NCBI RefSeq assembly: GCF_006345805.1
Contig: NC_042998.1
Location: forward strand, 191,580,001 to 191,644,000
Direction of reading: 5' to 3'
DNA: 64,000 nucleotides
From: Octopus sinensis
Lineage: Eukaryota
Below are positions 39,380 through 53,556 of the stretch, in pieces. How positions within the stretch are numbered: the first letter of the stretch is position 1; each line of letters begins with the position of its first letter. A program made the position numbers and the translations under genes. The notes under the pieces are model-generated. The model was given only the letters and a program-made list of their open reading frames with translations. It searched no databases and had not been told where the DNA came from.

Positions 39380-40915
39380 ATTCCAACAGTTGTCTAGATC
39401 TGAAATATGTGAGTGTGCAAACATGAATCTAAAGTTTAACTTGATGGATGAGCAGCCTCTTACTTTACAATAACAAAAACAAGTCTAACAGTTGTCTGGA
39501 TCTGAAATATATGAGTGTGCAAACACGAATCTAAAAGTCTAACTTGATGACCAGCCTCTTACTTTACAATAACAAGTCTAACAGTTGTCTGGGTCTGAAA
39601 TATATGAGTGTGCAAACACGAATTTAAAAGTCTAATTTGATGACCAGCCTCTTACTTTACAATAAAAAAACAAGTCTACAGTTGTCTGGATCTGAAATAT
39701 ATGAGTGTGCAAACACGAATCTAAAAGTCTAACTTGATGACCAGCCTCTTACTTTACAATAACAAGTCTAACAGTTGTCTGGATCTGAAATATATGAGTG
39801 TGCAAACACGAATCTAAAAGTCTAACTTGATGACCAGCCTCTTACTTTACAATAACAAGTCTAACAGTTGTCTGGATCTGAAATATGTGAGTGTGCAAAC
39901 ACGAATCTAAAAGTCTAACTTGATGACCAGCCTCTTACTTTACAATAACAAAAACAAGTCTAACAGTTGTCTGGATCTGAAATATGTGAGTGTGCAAACA
40001 CGAATCTAAAAGTCTAATTTGATGACCAGCCTCTTACTTTAAAATAACAAAAACAAGTCTAACAGTTGTCTGGATCTGAAATATGTGAGTGTGCAAACAC
40101 GAATCTAAAAGTCTAACTTGATGACCAGCCTCTTACTTTACAATAACAAAAACAAGTCAACAGTTGTCTGGATCTGAAATATATGAGTGTGCAAACACGA
40201 ATCTAAAAGTCTAACTTGATGACCAGCCTCTTACTTTACAATAACAAAAACAAGTCTAACAGTTGTCTGGATCTGAAATATGTGAGTGTGCAAACACGAA
40301 TCTAAAAGTCTAACTTGATGACCAGCCTCTTACTTTAAAATAACAAAAACAAGTCTAACAGTTGTCTGGATCTGAAATATGTGAGTGTGCAAACACGAAT
40401 CTAAAAGTCTAACTTGATGACCAGCCTCTTACTTTACAATAACAAAAACAAGTCAACAGTTGTCTGGATCTGAAATATATGAGTGTGCAAACACGAATCT
40501 AAAAGTCTAATTTGATGACCAGCCTCTTACTTTACTATAACAAGTCTAACAGTTGTCTGGATCTGAAATATATGAGTGTGCAGGCACGAATCTAAAAGTC
40601 TAACTTGATGAGCAGCCTCTTACTTTACAATAACAAAAACAAGTCAACAGTTGTCTGGATCTGAAATATATGAGTGTGCAAACACGAATCTAAAAGTTTA
40701 ACTTGATGACCAGCCTCTTACTTTGCAATAACAAGTCTAACAGTTGTCTGGATCTGAAATATATGAGTGTGCAAACACGAATCTAAAAGTTTAACTTGAT
40801 GACCAGCCTCTTACTTTGCAATAACAAGTCTAACAGTTGTCTGGATCTGAAATATATGAGTGTGCAAACACGAATCTAAAAGTCTAACTTGATGACCAGC
40901 CTCTTACTTTGCAAT
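39380..40915. repeat. Minisatellite, 16 copies of a 93-99-bp unit
   Basis: Unit tctaacagttgtctggatctgaaatatrtgagtgtgcaaacacgaatctaaaagtctaacttgatgaccagcctcttactttacaataac(aaaaac)aag; stops in all six frames. Confidence 0.97.
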
Positions 40916-42639
40916 GCACTCTATATCAAAACTTTTCTAGTTAGACTTTATTCCTGTCCTTTATATAATCTAAGATGATGCTTGTACCATGGAGACAATT
41001 TATTAACTCATTAACAGATTTGTGAAGTAAATGTGCATAAAAAATACAAAATTTCTCTGTAGAATAAAGGCAATGCAATTGCAACAAAAGATCGCAGTTT
41101 CAATCACCCAATCACACTTTCTAACTATAGATATTTGCGAATATGTCTTTCGGAAATGAAGCCAGTATCGTTGTTACAATATATCCTTTACATGAGATCA
41201 TGTTCTGTACATGATTTTTTTGAGGCACTGTAAGATGTCTGAAATAGTAGTACCGTTCAAACAATATTTTTATGCAGCTCCTTAGATATGGTCTAATATT
41301 GCCATCTAAATGATCCCTACTATTTATCGTTGACTATGAAATTATAAGTATATTAGATGATGCCTTACATAATAGAATATGGTGTCATGATGGCATATTG
41401 TGATGACGTGTTATTGCAATGTCCGTTAAATGAGTTATACATTGATGTCATGCATGGTGTCACTAAGAGTGATGTGTTATCATCAGGTTTCTTATATTGT
41501 CATATAATATATAACTGATATAATGATGTGTATTGTCATTTAATACCATGGACGGCATCGTGAGGTCGCTGAAGAGAAGAAACGCAATATAATTTAATGC
41601 ATTGCACAATTCAATCGAAACAGTGTAAAGGATTGAATGATAGACGAAGATAATAAACTAGATTGAAGAATATAAGAATATGACAGTCATCACTATATTA
41701 TGTTTGAATGTACTCTTATCTAAAGAATTTGAGGTTGCTTAAGTAAGAAGGTCTAAAATATTTGTGGAAACATTGACTGATTGTGATAACAACAGAGTAC
41801 AAATGAAGTAGATTTGCGAAGAAAGTATAATTACATAGATGACATAAAGATGATGTAAGAGATTCCATGACTACACTAAATGTAAAAAGATAGAGAAATA
41901 TTATAACCAAATTATATCTGAGAAGTGAATGCATCAAATCAAATCAAAACAAACAGGTAAAGACTGCCAAAAAGAAAACGAATATGAAAGTAGAAGGTAG
42001 GAATTAGTGCAAGACTTTTAGAGAAAAATCTAGCAGAATAATTTGCTGAAAGTTTCCCTTGGCAACAACGATGCTACTCTGCTACAACTATGTAGGATAC
42101 TCTTAGAAAGAGTGATGGAGAGAGGAAAGTGACTGAATAGAGTTATTAAGAAGGCAAAAGATCAGTTGCTTGGTGAGGTGTGCTTCACAATTCAAGCCAA
42201 TAGAAATAACAGCTGGTATGAATACAAAACTACATCTAAACATGGTTGAAGAAGCAAGAAAGCGGTTAACTCGCGAAGCAAAGAAACAGCACGAACAAAG
42301 TGAAGCAAAGAAACGAAACGAACAAGGTATTCAAGAAAGAAGAAAACTTTGGCAGAACTTTTTTCTGCGTTTCATATGTTCTTATACCTATTAATGTTAC
42401 TGGCATTACCATTCTGACTGATTATTTTTCTTAAGCAATGTTTCAGTTCTAACCGTTTTCTTTTCTAATATTGATATAACGTTTCATTTTTCAGTTTGTT
42501 GTTATTTTCTAAGCAATACATTTTGCTTGCATGGAAAAATAAATACATGAATATATGTACGATAACATACTCCTACACACACGTAGACACAGATATGTAT
42601 GAATATAGATGCACATATATACACATAGATGTATACACA

Positions 42640-42681
<42 letters not shown>

Positions 42682-43729
42682 ACGTATATATTGACATATA
42701 GATATGTGTTTACAAACACATATGCAAGTTTTATATACACACAAACATGCACACACATCTCTAAAGGTATATATGTATACATATATATATATACATGCAT
42801 ATATATATATACATATATATACATATATCTATATATATGTATGTATACATATATATATATCTATATCTATATAAGCATATAGATGTATATATTTTCACAT
42901 TTATAAACATAGGCACGCTTATACATATATATTATGTGCATATGTGCATATATGCATATATATATGTACATATATATATTTATATTTATATATATATATA
43001 AATATATAAACACATATACAAGCATGTGTGTGTACGTATGCAAGACTCATACTTATATATTTCTTACACGATAGGAACCACTAAGAAAACAATAAATAAT
43101 TGATTTATTGCAGAGTAACTGATAATATATATTCTTTTCCTTAAGATATGCTCTTGTTTAGCACCCGGTCAACCCGGAATGAGCAGAACTGCAGTCAAAT
43201 GTATCCCAAACTGTCTTTTTAAGTATATCTAAGATGTCCTTAGATAATGTACCCTTTGCTTAATTCGCATTACATTATTGTTGGTTTAAGGGAATTTGGC
43301 TACGACTTCTAGCATTTCTGTTGCTAGCCAAGGACATAGATGTTCCGTCTTTGGGTCAAATGTTTTGCTGTATGTAGCGCGTGCTTAGTACGTATCGCGT
43401 GCTGGGTTTGGTTATTCAGATTCCTTCAACTGATAACATCTCTAACATTCCTCCAAAACACTAACAAATGGACAACATTGATTTTAATAGATTTTGATGA
43501 TACGTGCTTGTGTGTGTGCCCGCGCGCGCGCTTTTGTGCGTGTGTATGTGTGTGTTTGTATATATATATATATTTGTGTATATATATATATATATATTTG
43601 TATGTATATATATATATATTTGTATGTGTATATATATATATGCATGTATGTTTTTACGCATATATGTCAATAAATATATATATACATATATATAAATATG
43701 CATATCCATACGTACAAATATTTATGTAT

Positions 43730-43782
<53 letters not shown>

Positions 43783-44738
43783 ATATATATATATACATAG
43801 TTATATAAATAGGGAGAGGGTGTGAGGGGAAGAGAGTGAGAGGGGCAAAGAGAGAGAAATGCTAATGCTAAATAGACAGACAGATAGAGATAGAGGGAGA
43901 GCCAGACAGATAGCTTGGTACACACATGATATATATATATAGTAATGTATTATATCATATATTTATACATACAGATGCATGCGTTTACACACACAAACAC
44001 AGAAGCGAGCATTTAGCTACTGCTATGTATGTCCACTTACATATTATCAATGTTAGGTTCAACATTGTATTCTTATAAAACATACAGACACATACTTATA
44101 TACACATTATTAACCAAACTCATATATAACTATCGACGTGTTTTCACAGGTATATGTGTGCCTGCGCGTGCGTATGTTTATGTGTTTATATTGATCGCCT
44201 GACTGTGAAAACTATAGAAATTTATACACATGTAGATGTATTAGTAGAGTACCAATCAATAGATATATGGATAGCTATAGTAACAACTGGAACAATTTGT
44301 AATATAGATTTCTCCCATTGTTGTGTAGACTCAGATTTTTTTAGCGTGGGTGTAGGAAGAGATGTTATACTGTACAGTTTAGCATTTAACATTAAATTTG
44401 TATATGAAGTGAGTTAAGTGTCTATATCCAGGAAGCGAGTGTCGTGATCTTCATTGAAAAGAGACAGAACCACGAGCGAATTTACATTTATCAAAAAAAT
44501 ATATATATATTTATGCTTTTGGGGCAAATACCTAAATTTGGGTAAAATACAAAATATGTAGAAACAAAACCTGGCTACATATATATATATAATATATAAT
44601 ATATATATATATGTGTGTGTGCGTGTGATGTATACACATGCATGTATATATGAATGAATCCATATATATATATATATATATTTATAAATTAAAGTCTAGC
44701 GTTAGAGCGTCCACATAGTGGATCCTCTCTTATTGTTT

Positions 44739-44787
<49 letters not shown>

Positions 44788-45149
44788 GTGTATGTATATA
44801 TGTGTACATGTGTATGTGTGGATGTATATTTTCACATATTTGTATTCGTATGCATATAGATTTACACAGACAACCTATTTGTGTGAGCATAGAGAAGCAT
44901 ATATATATATATAGACAAATGCACACGGACAGTCGAGAGACCATGCACAGTCATCCCCCCTCCACACACAGATATATTGCAATTCATTTGCTTTCTCATC
45001 GTTTATATTTTGCTGCACCTTTGTTTTTATTTTGCTTACAGATGCAAACGGATAATGGTGTATAATAGTCATATACTATTGTATGAAATGAAAATAAGCG
45101 TACATCATTTCATACAACGTATAGACGCTAGCATATATGTGAATATACC

Positions 45150-45318
45150 TATGTCTATCTATCTATCTATCTATCTATCTACCTATCTATCTATCTATCT
45201 ATCTATCTATTTATTTTTCTATCTATCTATCTATCTATCTATCTATCATCTATCTATCTATCTATTATTTTTCTATCTATCTATCTATTTATTTTTCTAT
45301 CTATCTATCTATCTATAT

Positions 45319-45388
<70 letters not shown>

Positions 45389-45433
45389 ATCTATCTATCT
45401 ATCTATCTATATATCTATCTATCTATCTATCTA

Positions 45434-45485
<52 letters not shown>

Positions 45486-45530
45486 AATCTATCTGTCTAT
45501 CTATCTATCTAGCTAGCTAGGTAGCTAGCT
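45150..45530. repeat. Long imperfect (TATC)n microsatellite
   Basis: About 380 bp of ctat units; source of the YLSI ORF. Confidence 0.95.
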
Positions 45531-45619
45531 GGCTATCTGTCTATTTTTCTGCATATCTGTCTACATGCACGTAGTATGCATATATATAAGCACATGGGTA
45601 TATATATGTATTTATGTAC

Positions 45620-45655
<36 letters not shown>

Positions 45656-46409
45656 CTGTGTGAGTGCATATGTATATAAACAGATGGAAATATGTAGTTG
45701 TATATGTATGTATACACGCAAGCACACATACACACACATATATATATGCATGTATGTATATTTGTACGTTCTGTAAAGAACCATATAGTGTAGGAATATT
45801 TACATACACGTATAACAAAACCTGATAGTTTATAATAACAATGTAGTCCACTATATTCTCACATATTTCCCCAGATCCAAAGAAGTATGTATAAAGTTAG
45901 GTTATACATAATTATTATCTTTAGTTTACATAGATCGCAGTAGTTAATGATTATACATGTATATCTATATATGCCATTGTAAATATCACTTTCTCTCTTT
46001 CTCACAATGTATATATATATATATATATATTTGCATACATACATACATATATACATATATACATAGTTAGGATTTACAGAAAAAAGCAAAAGACGGGGAC
46101 GGGTGTATAAACAACAGACAAATGTATTAGTTTAATGCTCGGGACGTGAGAAAGTCGTTTACGTTTCGAACCTACGCTCTTCGACAGACAGGAACACAAA
46201 AATAAACAGGGAGAGAAAATACATGCATACGTGCATACATACATACATACATACATACATACATACATACATACATGCATATACACAAACATGTATATAT
46301 GAATGTGTTATCTTTTATACTTTACTTGTTTCATCATCGGACAACGGTCATCGACCCTAGCACTCTGTCTGTGTGTATGTGCGTGTGTGAGTGCGTGGGT
46401 ACGCACGCA

Positions 46410-46443
<34 letters not shown>

Positions 46444-47592
46444 ACACACACACACACACACACCACAGGCAGAGTTACAGACGCACAGATGTATACACAC
46501 ATGATGGCTTAGCAGGCCGAAACTTCGAAGTTACTGTTAATACTCTTTTTGTTAAAGAAAAATAAGAAATTTGTGCTCAACCGAGTGTTTGGAGTAATAC
46601 TCCAAATATTAATACATACATGCATACATACATAGATACATACATACATACATACATACATACATACATACATACATACATACATACATACATACATACA
46701 TACATACATACATGCATACATACATATATACATAGATACATATATATATAAGAACGATGACAATGTAATATATGTTTTAGAGCTACTTGTGACTTTTGAT
46801 GTATAAATGTCAAATGCATTTTACAGTACTCTGTTATTTAGGACCCTTAAAGTAGCCTGCCCAATTTATAGACTAATGCATACTTCTACTGGTTGTGACT
46901 GTCACACATTAGACATTGATAGGTAGCACGAGGAGCCATTTCAATTACACTGTGTAGCCCATATTAGTTTCCCTTTTTGTATCATCACCCATTCAGATGT
47001 CAAATACTGTAATAATATTAAGAGCATTATTCATTTATGTTTATTTCTTTGTTATTGTTAATAATATTTTATTATGTAAAAATAGTAGTAGTAATGTTAT
47101 CATTATTTAGAACTTTTTTCTTGATTTGATGTGGACCCTTTTTTTTTTTTGCCTTTTGGCTGGATTCTGAGTCAGCATCATCATTTTCATCATAGAAATT
47201 CCGAAAGTGGAAAAAAACCCCAAAAAACTAGATGGTTCTGATTTCTCAAAGTACCCGAAACACGCGCTTAATTGGTAATCCTGTGTATATACATACATGC
47301 ATATATATGTATATAGGTACATGTGTGTATAATGTGTAGAACCCACCAACAGTTTCGTCGCCGGGTATTCAAACGGATCAACCTGACCACCTAATTGTTA
47401 AATAAACGCCTAATTGGTTTAGTATTCAAGACACGTGTAGCCATCTGAAAACCAAAATGAGCGAGGCACCATGTGTGACAAGGCCTAAACTTTGAGTGAA
47501 ACTCTTTCAATAAGCTTCCATTCATAAATTTCTTCGTGTGTGTGAAGTAAACCCCTTAATCACTCGTATATAGCTGGATCCTCATGTACATT

Positions 47593-47635
<43 letters not shown>

Positions 47636-48079
47636 ATTATAATTTACAGTATCTAAAATATACCACCACGCTGGAAATAGCAGCCCAAACTTGACTATAA
47701 AACCACATTAAATATTCGTTGCCACGGATCCGCACCGACATCGATCCAGGGACAGTACAGCTACCTGGCGACCTCGATGGCACCGTCCCACCCAAATACA
47801 CCGGGCGTTTAGGTAAGGTCGTTGTCATGGCGTCTTTCGGTGACGGCAGCCACCTCCCCAAGACCTGGTCCCAACACTCGTGCTGGCCAAATTTTAGACG
47901 AAGGGGACCCCGGGGTGTCGGTGTATTGAGGTGGACAGCGCCATCTGTTAAGGAGTAGAGCTTCCCTGCCAGTACCACCTGAGAGCGTGGCCGCAGCGGT
48001 GGGGTCATCTAACCATAGAGTCAAATTTTGACTGCTATTTCCAGCGTGGTGGTATCTTTTAGATACCATAAATTATAAT
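47636..48079. mobile_element. MITE-like element with ~65-bp TIRs and GC-rich core
   Basis: attataatttacagtatctaaaatataccaccacgctggaaatagcagc versus gctgctatttccagcgtggtggtatcttttagataccataaattataat-type reverse complement at the right end. Confidence 0.82.
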
Positions 48080-48189
48080 TTTAATAATAATTATTACCTT
48101 TGAAGGTTTTTTTATTCCCATCCTGGCCACATGATTACATCGATATTTAATAACAATCTTATACTTTCTTTATAAAAATGTATATATAT

Positions 48190-48585
48190 CAGGAGTGGCT
48201 GTGTGGCAAGTAGCTTGTTTACCAACCACATGGTTCCGGGTTCAGTCCCACTGCGTGGCACCTTGGGCAAGTGTCTTCTACTATAGCCTCGGGCCAACCA
48301 AAGCCTTGTGAGTGGATTTGGTAGACGGAAACTGAAAGAAGCCCGTCGTATATATGTATATATATATATGCGTGTGTGTGTCTGTGTGTCTGTGTTTGTC
48401 CCCCTAGCATTGCTTGACAACCGATGCTGGTGTGTTTATGTCCCCGTTACTTAGCGGTTCGGCAAAAGAGACCGATAGAATAAGTACTAGGCTTACAAAA
48501 GAATAAGTCCCGGGATCGATTTGCTCGACTAAAGGCCGTGCTCCAGCATGGCCGCAGTCAAATGACTGAAACAAGTAAAAGAGAA
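48190..48585 (+). mobile_element. SINE family A, near full length
   Basis: Highly similar to 1264-1663. Confidence 0.92.
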
Positions 48586-49249
48586 AGAGAAAGATATATA
48601 TATATATATATATATATATTGCATGTAGGTGTGTGTGTGTTTACGTGTCCCTGTATGGATATTTGTCTATTTGTGCTTTGGTATGTTTCCATGAATGAAA
48701 TGCACAAAAATCTTTGGCGTGTTACATCATGCACACGAACAAACAGTAGGTATGAAAATGTATGTGTGAGCATGTGTGTATCTCCAGATGAACGGTGTGT
48801 ATCGACATATGATCAAACAGCTGGTGTCTGTTTGGTCATATGTTTAATCTGTTTGAAATTGCTTGAATATGAAAAAATTTATATATATATATGAAAAAAA
48901 ATAACACAACGAAAATGATATTGATGAAATGCAAAACCCCTCAGACTTGTTTCACTAATCAAATCTTTATCTCTTCTCGCAGGAAATTAACAGTCGTTGA
49001 CAGATTTCAATTTATTGAAGGACGTCGACGTATGAAAATCATAACAACATGTCATTCGGTTGTTTCCGTATATAAATGTTATGAAAATAATTAACTCCAA
49101 CTCTCCTATATATATACTTCAGCAATCAGGAAACTGTTCTTTCTGGTCGAGTTTTCGTTTTGTCATTAATGTCGTGAGGGATCATTCCAAATTATAACTG
49201 AAAGCCAAACACGGTTCCTGTGTGTGAATCCTGTACGAATCATGCTGGT

Positions 49250-49495
49250 GATAGCTGATGGTTGATGGTGATTGGGGACATGATTATGATGATGGCAGCG
49301 ACGATGACGATGATGACAGCAATGATAGCGATGGTGATGATAAGTGGTAGCCGCGGTGATGGTGGTGGCAGTGACGGTGGCGAGGTTAGTGCTGATGGTG
49401 GAGGTGGTGGTGGTGGTGGTGATGGTGGTGATGGTGCTGATGTTTGGGGTAGAGGCGTTGGTGGTGGTGGTAGTGGTGCTGGTGACGTTGCCGAT
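49250..49495. repeat. Compound (GAT)/(GGT) trinucleotide tract
   Basis: Low-complexity G/D/M or P/S-rich translations bounded by stops and microsatellites. Confidence 0.75.
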
Positions 49496-49955
49496 TTATA
49501 TATGGTTACCACAGATACATTCAGACATGCTTATTTATTTGCATATATGTGTTTGCGTGTATACACACTACACACACACACGCACATATATACACATATA
49601 TATACATACATATATATATATACATGCACACATACGTACAACTATATATATTTACACACACACATACACACACACACACACACATATATATATACGTATT
49701 TACGCACATTCATACCTTTCTATCTATTTATCTATCTAATTATACGCAGACACAAAATCACAGATGCACAAACACGGATATATACACGCTTAAATAAAGT
49801 TAGATACGTTCCCGCCAGTATTGGTCCATGCCATCTCTAAATTAGTTGCCTCTATACACAATTGCGAGCGCACACATATATATATGTATATATACATGCA
49901 TAAATTCACACACATATATATATATCCTAGTATCTCTCATATACATACATACATG

Positions 49956-50005
<50 letters not shown>

Positions 50006-51056
50006 GTATATATATATATATGTATGTATGTATGTATGTATTATGTATGTATATATGAGCTTAAGATCTCATCAAGGCTTTTTCAACTGAAGCAAGCATA
50101 TGCAGTATTTAGTAACTGGAGTTTTAAGTACTCCATTAAGCTTACAGTATCAAACTATATACACCACGTTGTCACGCATACTCTGAAGTATATTTTCGAT
50201 GAAAAACACCATTTGTATATCATGACATGTTGGTGTTTTCGCTAAATTTGATTGATATCTGCATTTCAGATAACAAGCCTGCTACCATGGAGTAGACGAT
50301 TTTATTGTTGGTGTCAACACTCAACTAATGTTGTCTGGCGGGAAATTCGTTCTATGTGTAACCACGAATGCCTACGTGCTTTCTCTCAAACACACATGAA
50401 TAAGGACATATATATATGTTTGCACATTTGCATTTCTATACACAATTCTGCATTCATAACTCAAGCCAGTTACTAAAATCTCATTATTGTAAATTGAATT
50501 TTTCATGAAAATATAGATGGGATAGGGACACATTGAATACTTAAGAAAATCTTGTTTTGGTATTTTGTCCAACCGGAAGCCTTACTTCAGGAACTGTCAA
50601 CCGGGATGAATTATATAGTATTTGAGTGACATATTAAAGTGTGGATATAAATAATGACATGAGGATAATGACCAATGTATTTCATCATTATATACACTGA
50701 TAAAACTTACTTTTACACAAACATTTATGAGATATGCTTCGTTGTGCATTAAACTAAGTTGGAACATATGCATTTTAACGTTTACTCATTCATAATACTC
50801 ACACATACACGAATATAACATCTATTTCTATCTACTGACATAAATGTATATAATATATAATATGTTATGTATGTATATATATATATATGTGTGTATATAT
50901 ATATGAAAACACATATATATATATATATACATATATACACACATATATATATACATATATACATATATATACACATATATATATACAGGCATACTATGTG
51001 CACAAATATATATGTTTGTGCATACTGAATGCTGATACATCAATGTTAAAGCCCAC

Positions 51057-52486
51057 CTTTTATTTGATGTGTCAAACGCCTTTGGGGTTGAAATGGTGAC
51101 TCTCTTGGATGATTCGTCCTTACGCGGTAGGGCTACCACCGGGATTTCTTCCAGAACCGTAATATCGTCGTCCAAAGATGGTTTTGAGGGTAGTTTTCGG
51201 TTCAGAGACCTACTCTTTCCCATTGAACACATATCATAACTACCGCTACATATGTGTCCTGTTGTCGTAGATGTCTTTTGAGTTCTCGCGTCCTTGATGG
51301 ATCCGGAAGTTAAACTTTGAACAGGGGGACCTACTTTATTTGTTTGTTGTAAATTTAAGTGGGAATGGTTGGGTTGAGGAGGGCGTTGAGGGTGGTGATA
51401 GATAGGTTGGGGGTGTTTTTGGTTTGTTGTTGTTATTGTTACGGTTGGTGTTGTAGCAGTAACAGAGGTAGTTGATCCCGATAATTTTTTGTTATTGTTA
51501 TTGTTGTTGTTGTTATTGTTATTGTTATTGTTTTTATTTTTGCTATTCTTGTTGTTGTTATGATTGGGCGGGGAGGTACTGGCGACCCCGGTGGCGGTGC
51601 CGTTGGGTGGGAAGTCTCCAGCTGACGAAGTGGCAGATGGTAAAGGTGAAGGTTGATGGTGATAGAGTAAATGTGGTGACCCAGTAATGGGTGTTGTGGG
51701 GGAAGTGAGGAGGTGCTGTTGGCCCGTAGGGGAAGGTTGTAGGAGCTGAAAGCTTTCCAGGCCGCTACTACGTGTGGGTGTGTCTGAAATAATGGTGTCA
51801 GTGGTACTAGCTGGCGTGTGGTGTCTTTGTACTTGGGATGCCGATTGCTGGATGTTATGGTGGTTGTGATTTTGATGGTTGATATGTTGTGGCTCGGTGG
51901 TGGTGGTGGTGGGGATGTGATTGGTCTGGCTGTTGTGATGGGGATTGGGGTGGGGTCGGGTGTGATGATTTTGAGTTTCGATAATTTTGCTGTTTTTATT
52001 GTTATGCAAATCTTGCAGAGGTTGTGGTTTTTGTTTTTGTTGTTGTTTATGGTCTTGGTTTTGTTGTTGTTGTTGATACTTCGGTGAGGTCTGATTGCTA
52101 ATTTGCCGTTGTGAGGTGGGCGGTGGCGGAGCCTGGCGGCGTTGTTGACGTTTCTGTTGGGATCGGTTATCGGATAATTGGTGTTGTTTATGTTGTTGTG
52201 GTGCCAGTTGGTGGAGCGGAGACTTGGGGGGTGCTGCCGGGGCGGTCTGTGGAGGCGGAATGGGGGTGGTTGGAGAGGGTGCGGAGGAGGGGGTGAGTGT
52301 GGAGGTGATAATGGGCGGGGGAGGAGGAGGAGGAGGCGGCGTTGCTTGTTGGGGTTTCGTTTTGATTTTTTGTCGTTGTAGCAGCAGCAATGACAGCAGC
52401 AATAGCACTTGTAGCAATGATAGTTGCAGTGGCTGCAACAGCAGCAGCGGTAGCAGCGGCAGCAGCAGCAGCGGCAACTGTCTAAG
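51057..52486 (-). CDS. Probable large internal coding exon of a Pro/Gln/His/Asn/Thr-rich protein (gene unidentified)
   Basis: Open ~476 codons. Low-complexity tracts grade into unique sequence (GHICSGSYDMCSMGKSRSLNRKLPSKPSLDDDITVLEEIPVVALPRKDESSKRVTISTPKAFDTSNK). Possible donor AAAAG|GTGGGC just before microsatellite DNA resumes. The 5' boundary is unresolved (in-frame TAG at 52487-52489, no early ATG). Confidence 0.55.
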
Positions 52487-52563
52487 CTACTGTAGTTGTT
52501 GTAGTTGCTGCTGCAGCAGCTGTGACAGAAGCAGTGGCAGTATTGGTAACACTCGTAGTAGTT

Positions 52564-52602
<39 letters not shown>

Positions 52603-52877
52603 ATAGTAGTAGTAGTAGTAGTAGTAATAGCAGTTGTGGTCGTTGTGCTGGCAACGACGACACCAGTCGCCTACGTAGCGAGCAGCGGGTACACTGGTTC
52701 CTCTTGCTGCACTGGTCTGTGCGGTGACAAATTCTTCGATGTCTATTGACGATATTGGTGACGTTACTAAAGTGGATTCTGAATTTACTAAGACTGCAGC
52801 TACTTCAGCTTCCACTGCCACTACGATTATTACTGCAGTTAAAGCTTTTCCTTTTTCTTCCCTTTTTCTCCTTCTCC

Positions 52878-52908
<31 letters not shown>

Positions 52909-53556
52909 CGTTGCAGTGTTTCTTGTTGTTGAGATCACAGCAGCTGCTGTTATTATTATTATTAGAGTTTTTTGTATTTTTGTGTTAGTTGCCAATAACA
53001 ACAATATGTTAGAAAATGATGACAAGAAGAACGACACGGAGAAATGTTTACTGTTTATGAAAGGGACGATTGCATCGGTAGATTTCGTCAAATGAAAATT
53101 AGGGAATGTATGTTTACTATATATGATGTCGATGTATATAATAACAACAATAATGAGAATACACACAAAAGAAGTGATAAAAATTGTAGTTGGCTTACAA
53201 TAAGTAGCAGTTACACTAGTGTTATTACAATGAGCACTAGCCACAGAGGCGGCAGCGGCTTTGCAGTAGAAGCAGTAGTAGTTGTTGTTGTTGTTGTTGC
53301 TGTTGTTGACTGATGATTGTACTAGCAATATGGTGATGTCGGTGGAGGTAATTGTAGTGGCAGTACTGGTGATGGTTTCGTTGTTTTTCGTCCGAGTCCC
53401 GTGGACCGTGGCTTGTTGTTTTCTTCCGACCCCTCCCGCCGCCGCCGGCCACTTCGACGTTAGACGACGGGTTACGACTACAACAACATTGAGAGGTGAT
53501 GCCGTTACGGTTACTGGTTTATCCGAGGAGAGAAAACGGTGGGAGTCGAAACCCAT
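51439..53556 (-). CDS. 705-aa ATG-initiated ORF with hydrophobic segments and a Tyr/His/Cys-rich block, overlapping the frame above
   Basis: ORF track; only minus frame open across 52480-52490. Much is trinucleotide-derived, and the 3' half may be a shadow of the other frame. Confidence 0.3.

Noticed and set aside
39380-40915. CRISPR-like appearance of the regular array
   Set aside because: Whole units repeat with no unique spacers, no cas genes, eukaryotic context.
48983-49029. Candidate plus-strand exon (KLTVVDRFQFIEGRR) after a strong acceptor
   Set aside because: No recognisable homology and no partner exons; such signals arise by chance in 64 kb.
52149-53095. Plus-strand Gly/Ser-rich ORFs
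   Set aside because: No ATG in the first; consistent with antisense shadows of the minus-strand repeats.
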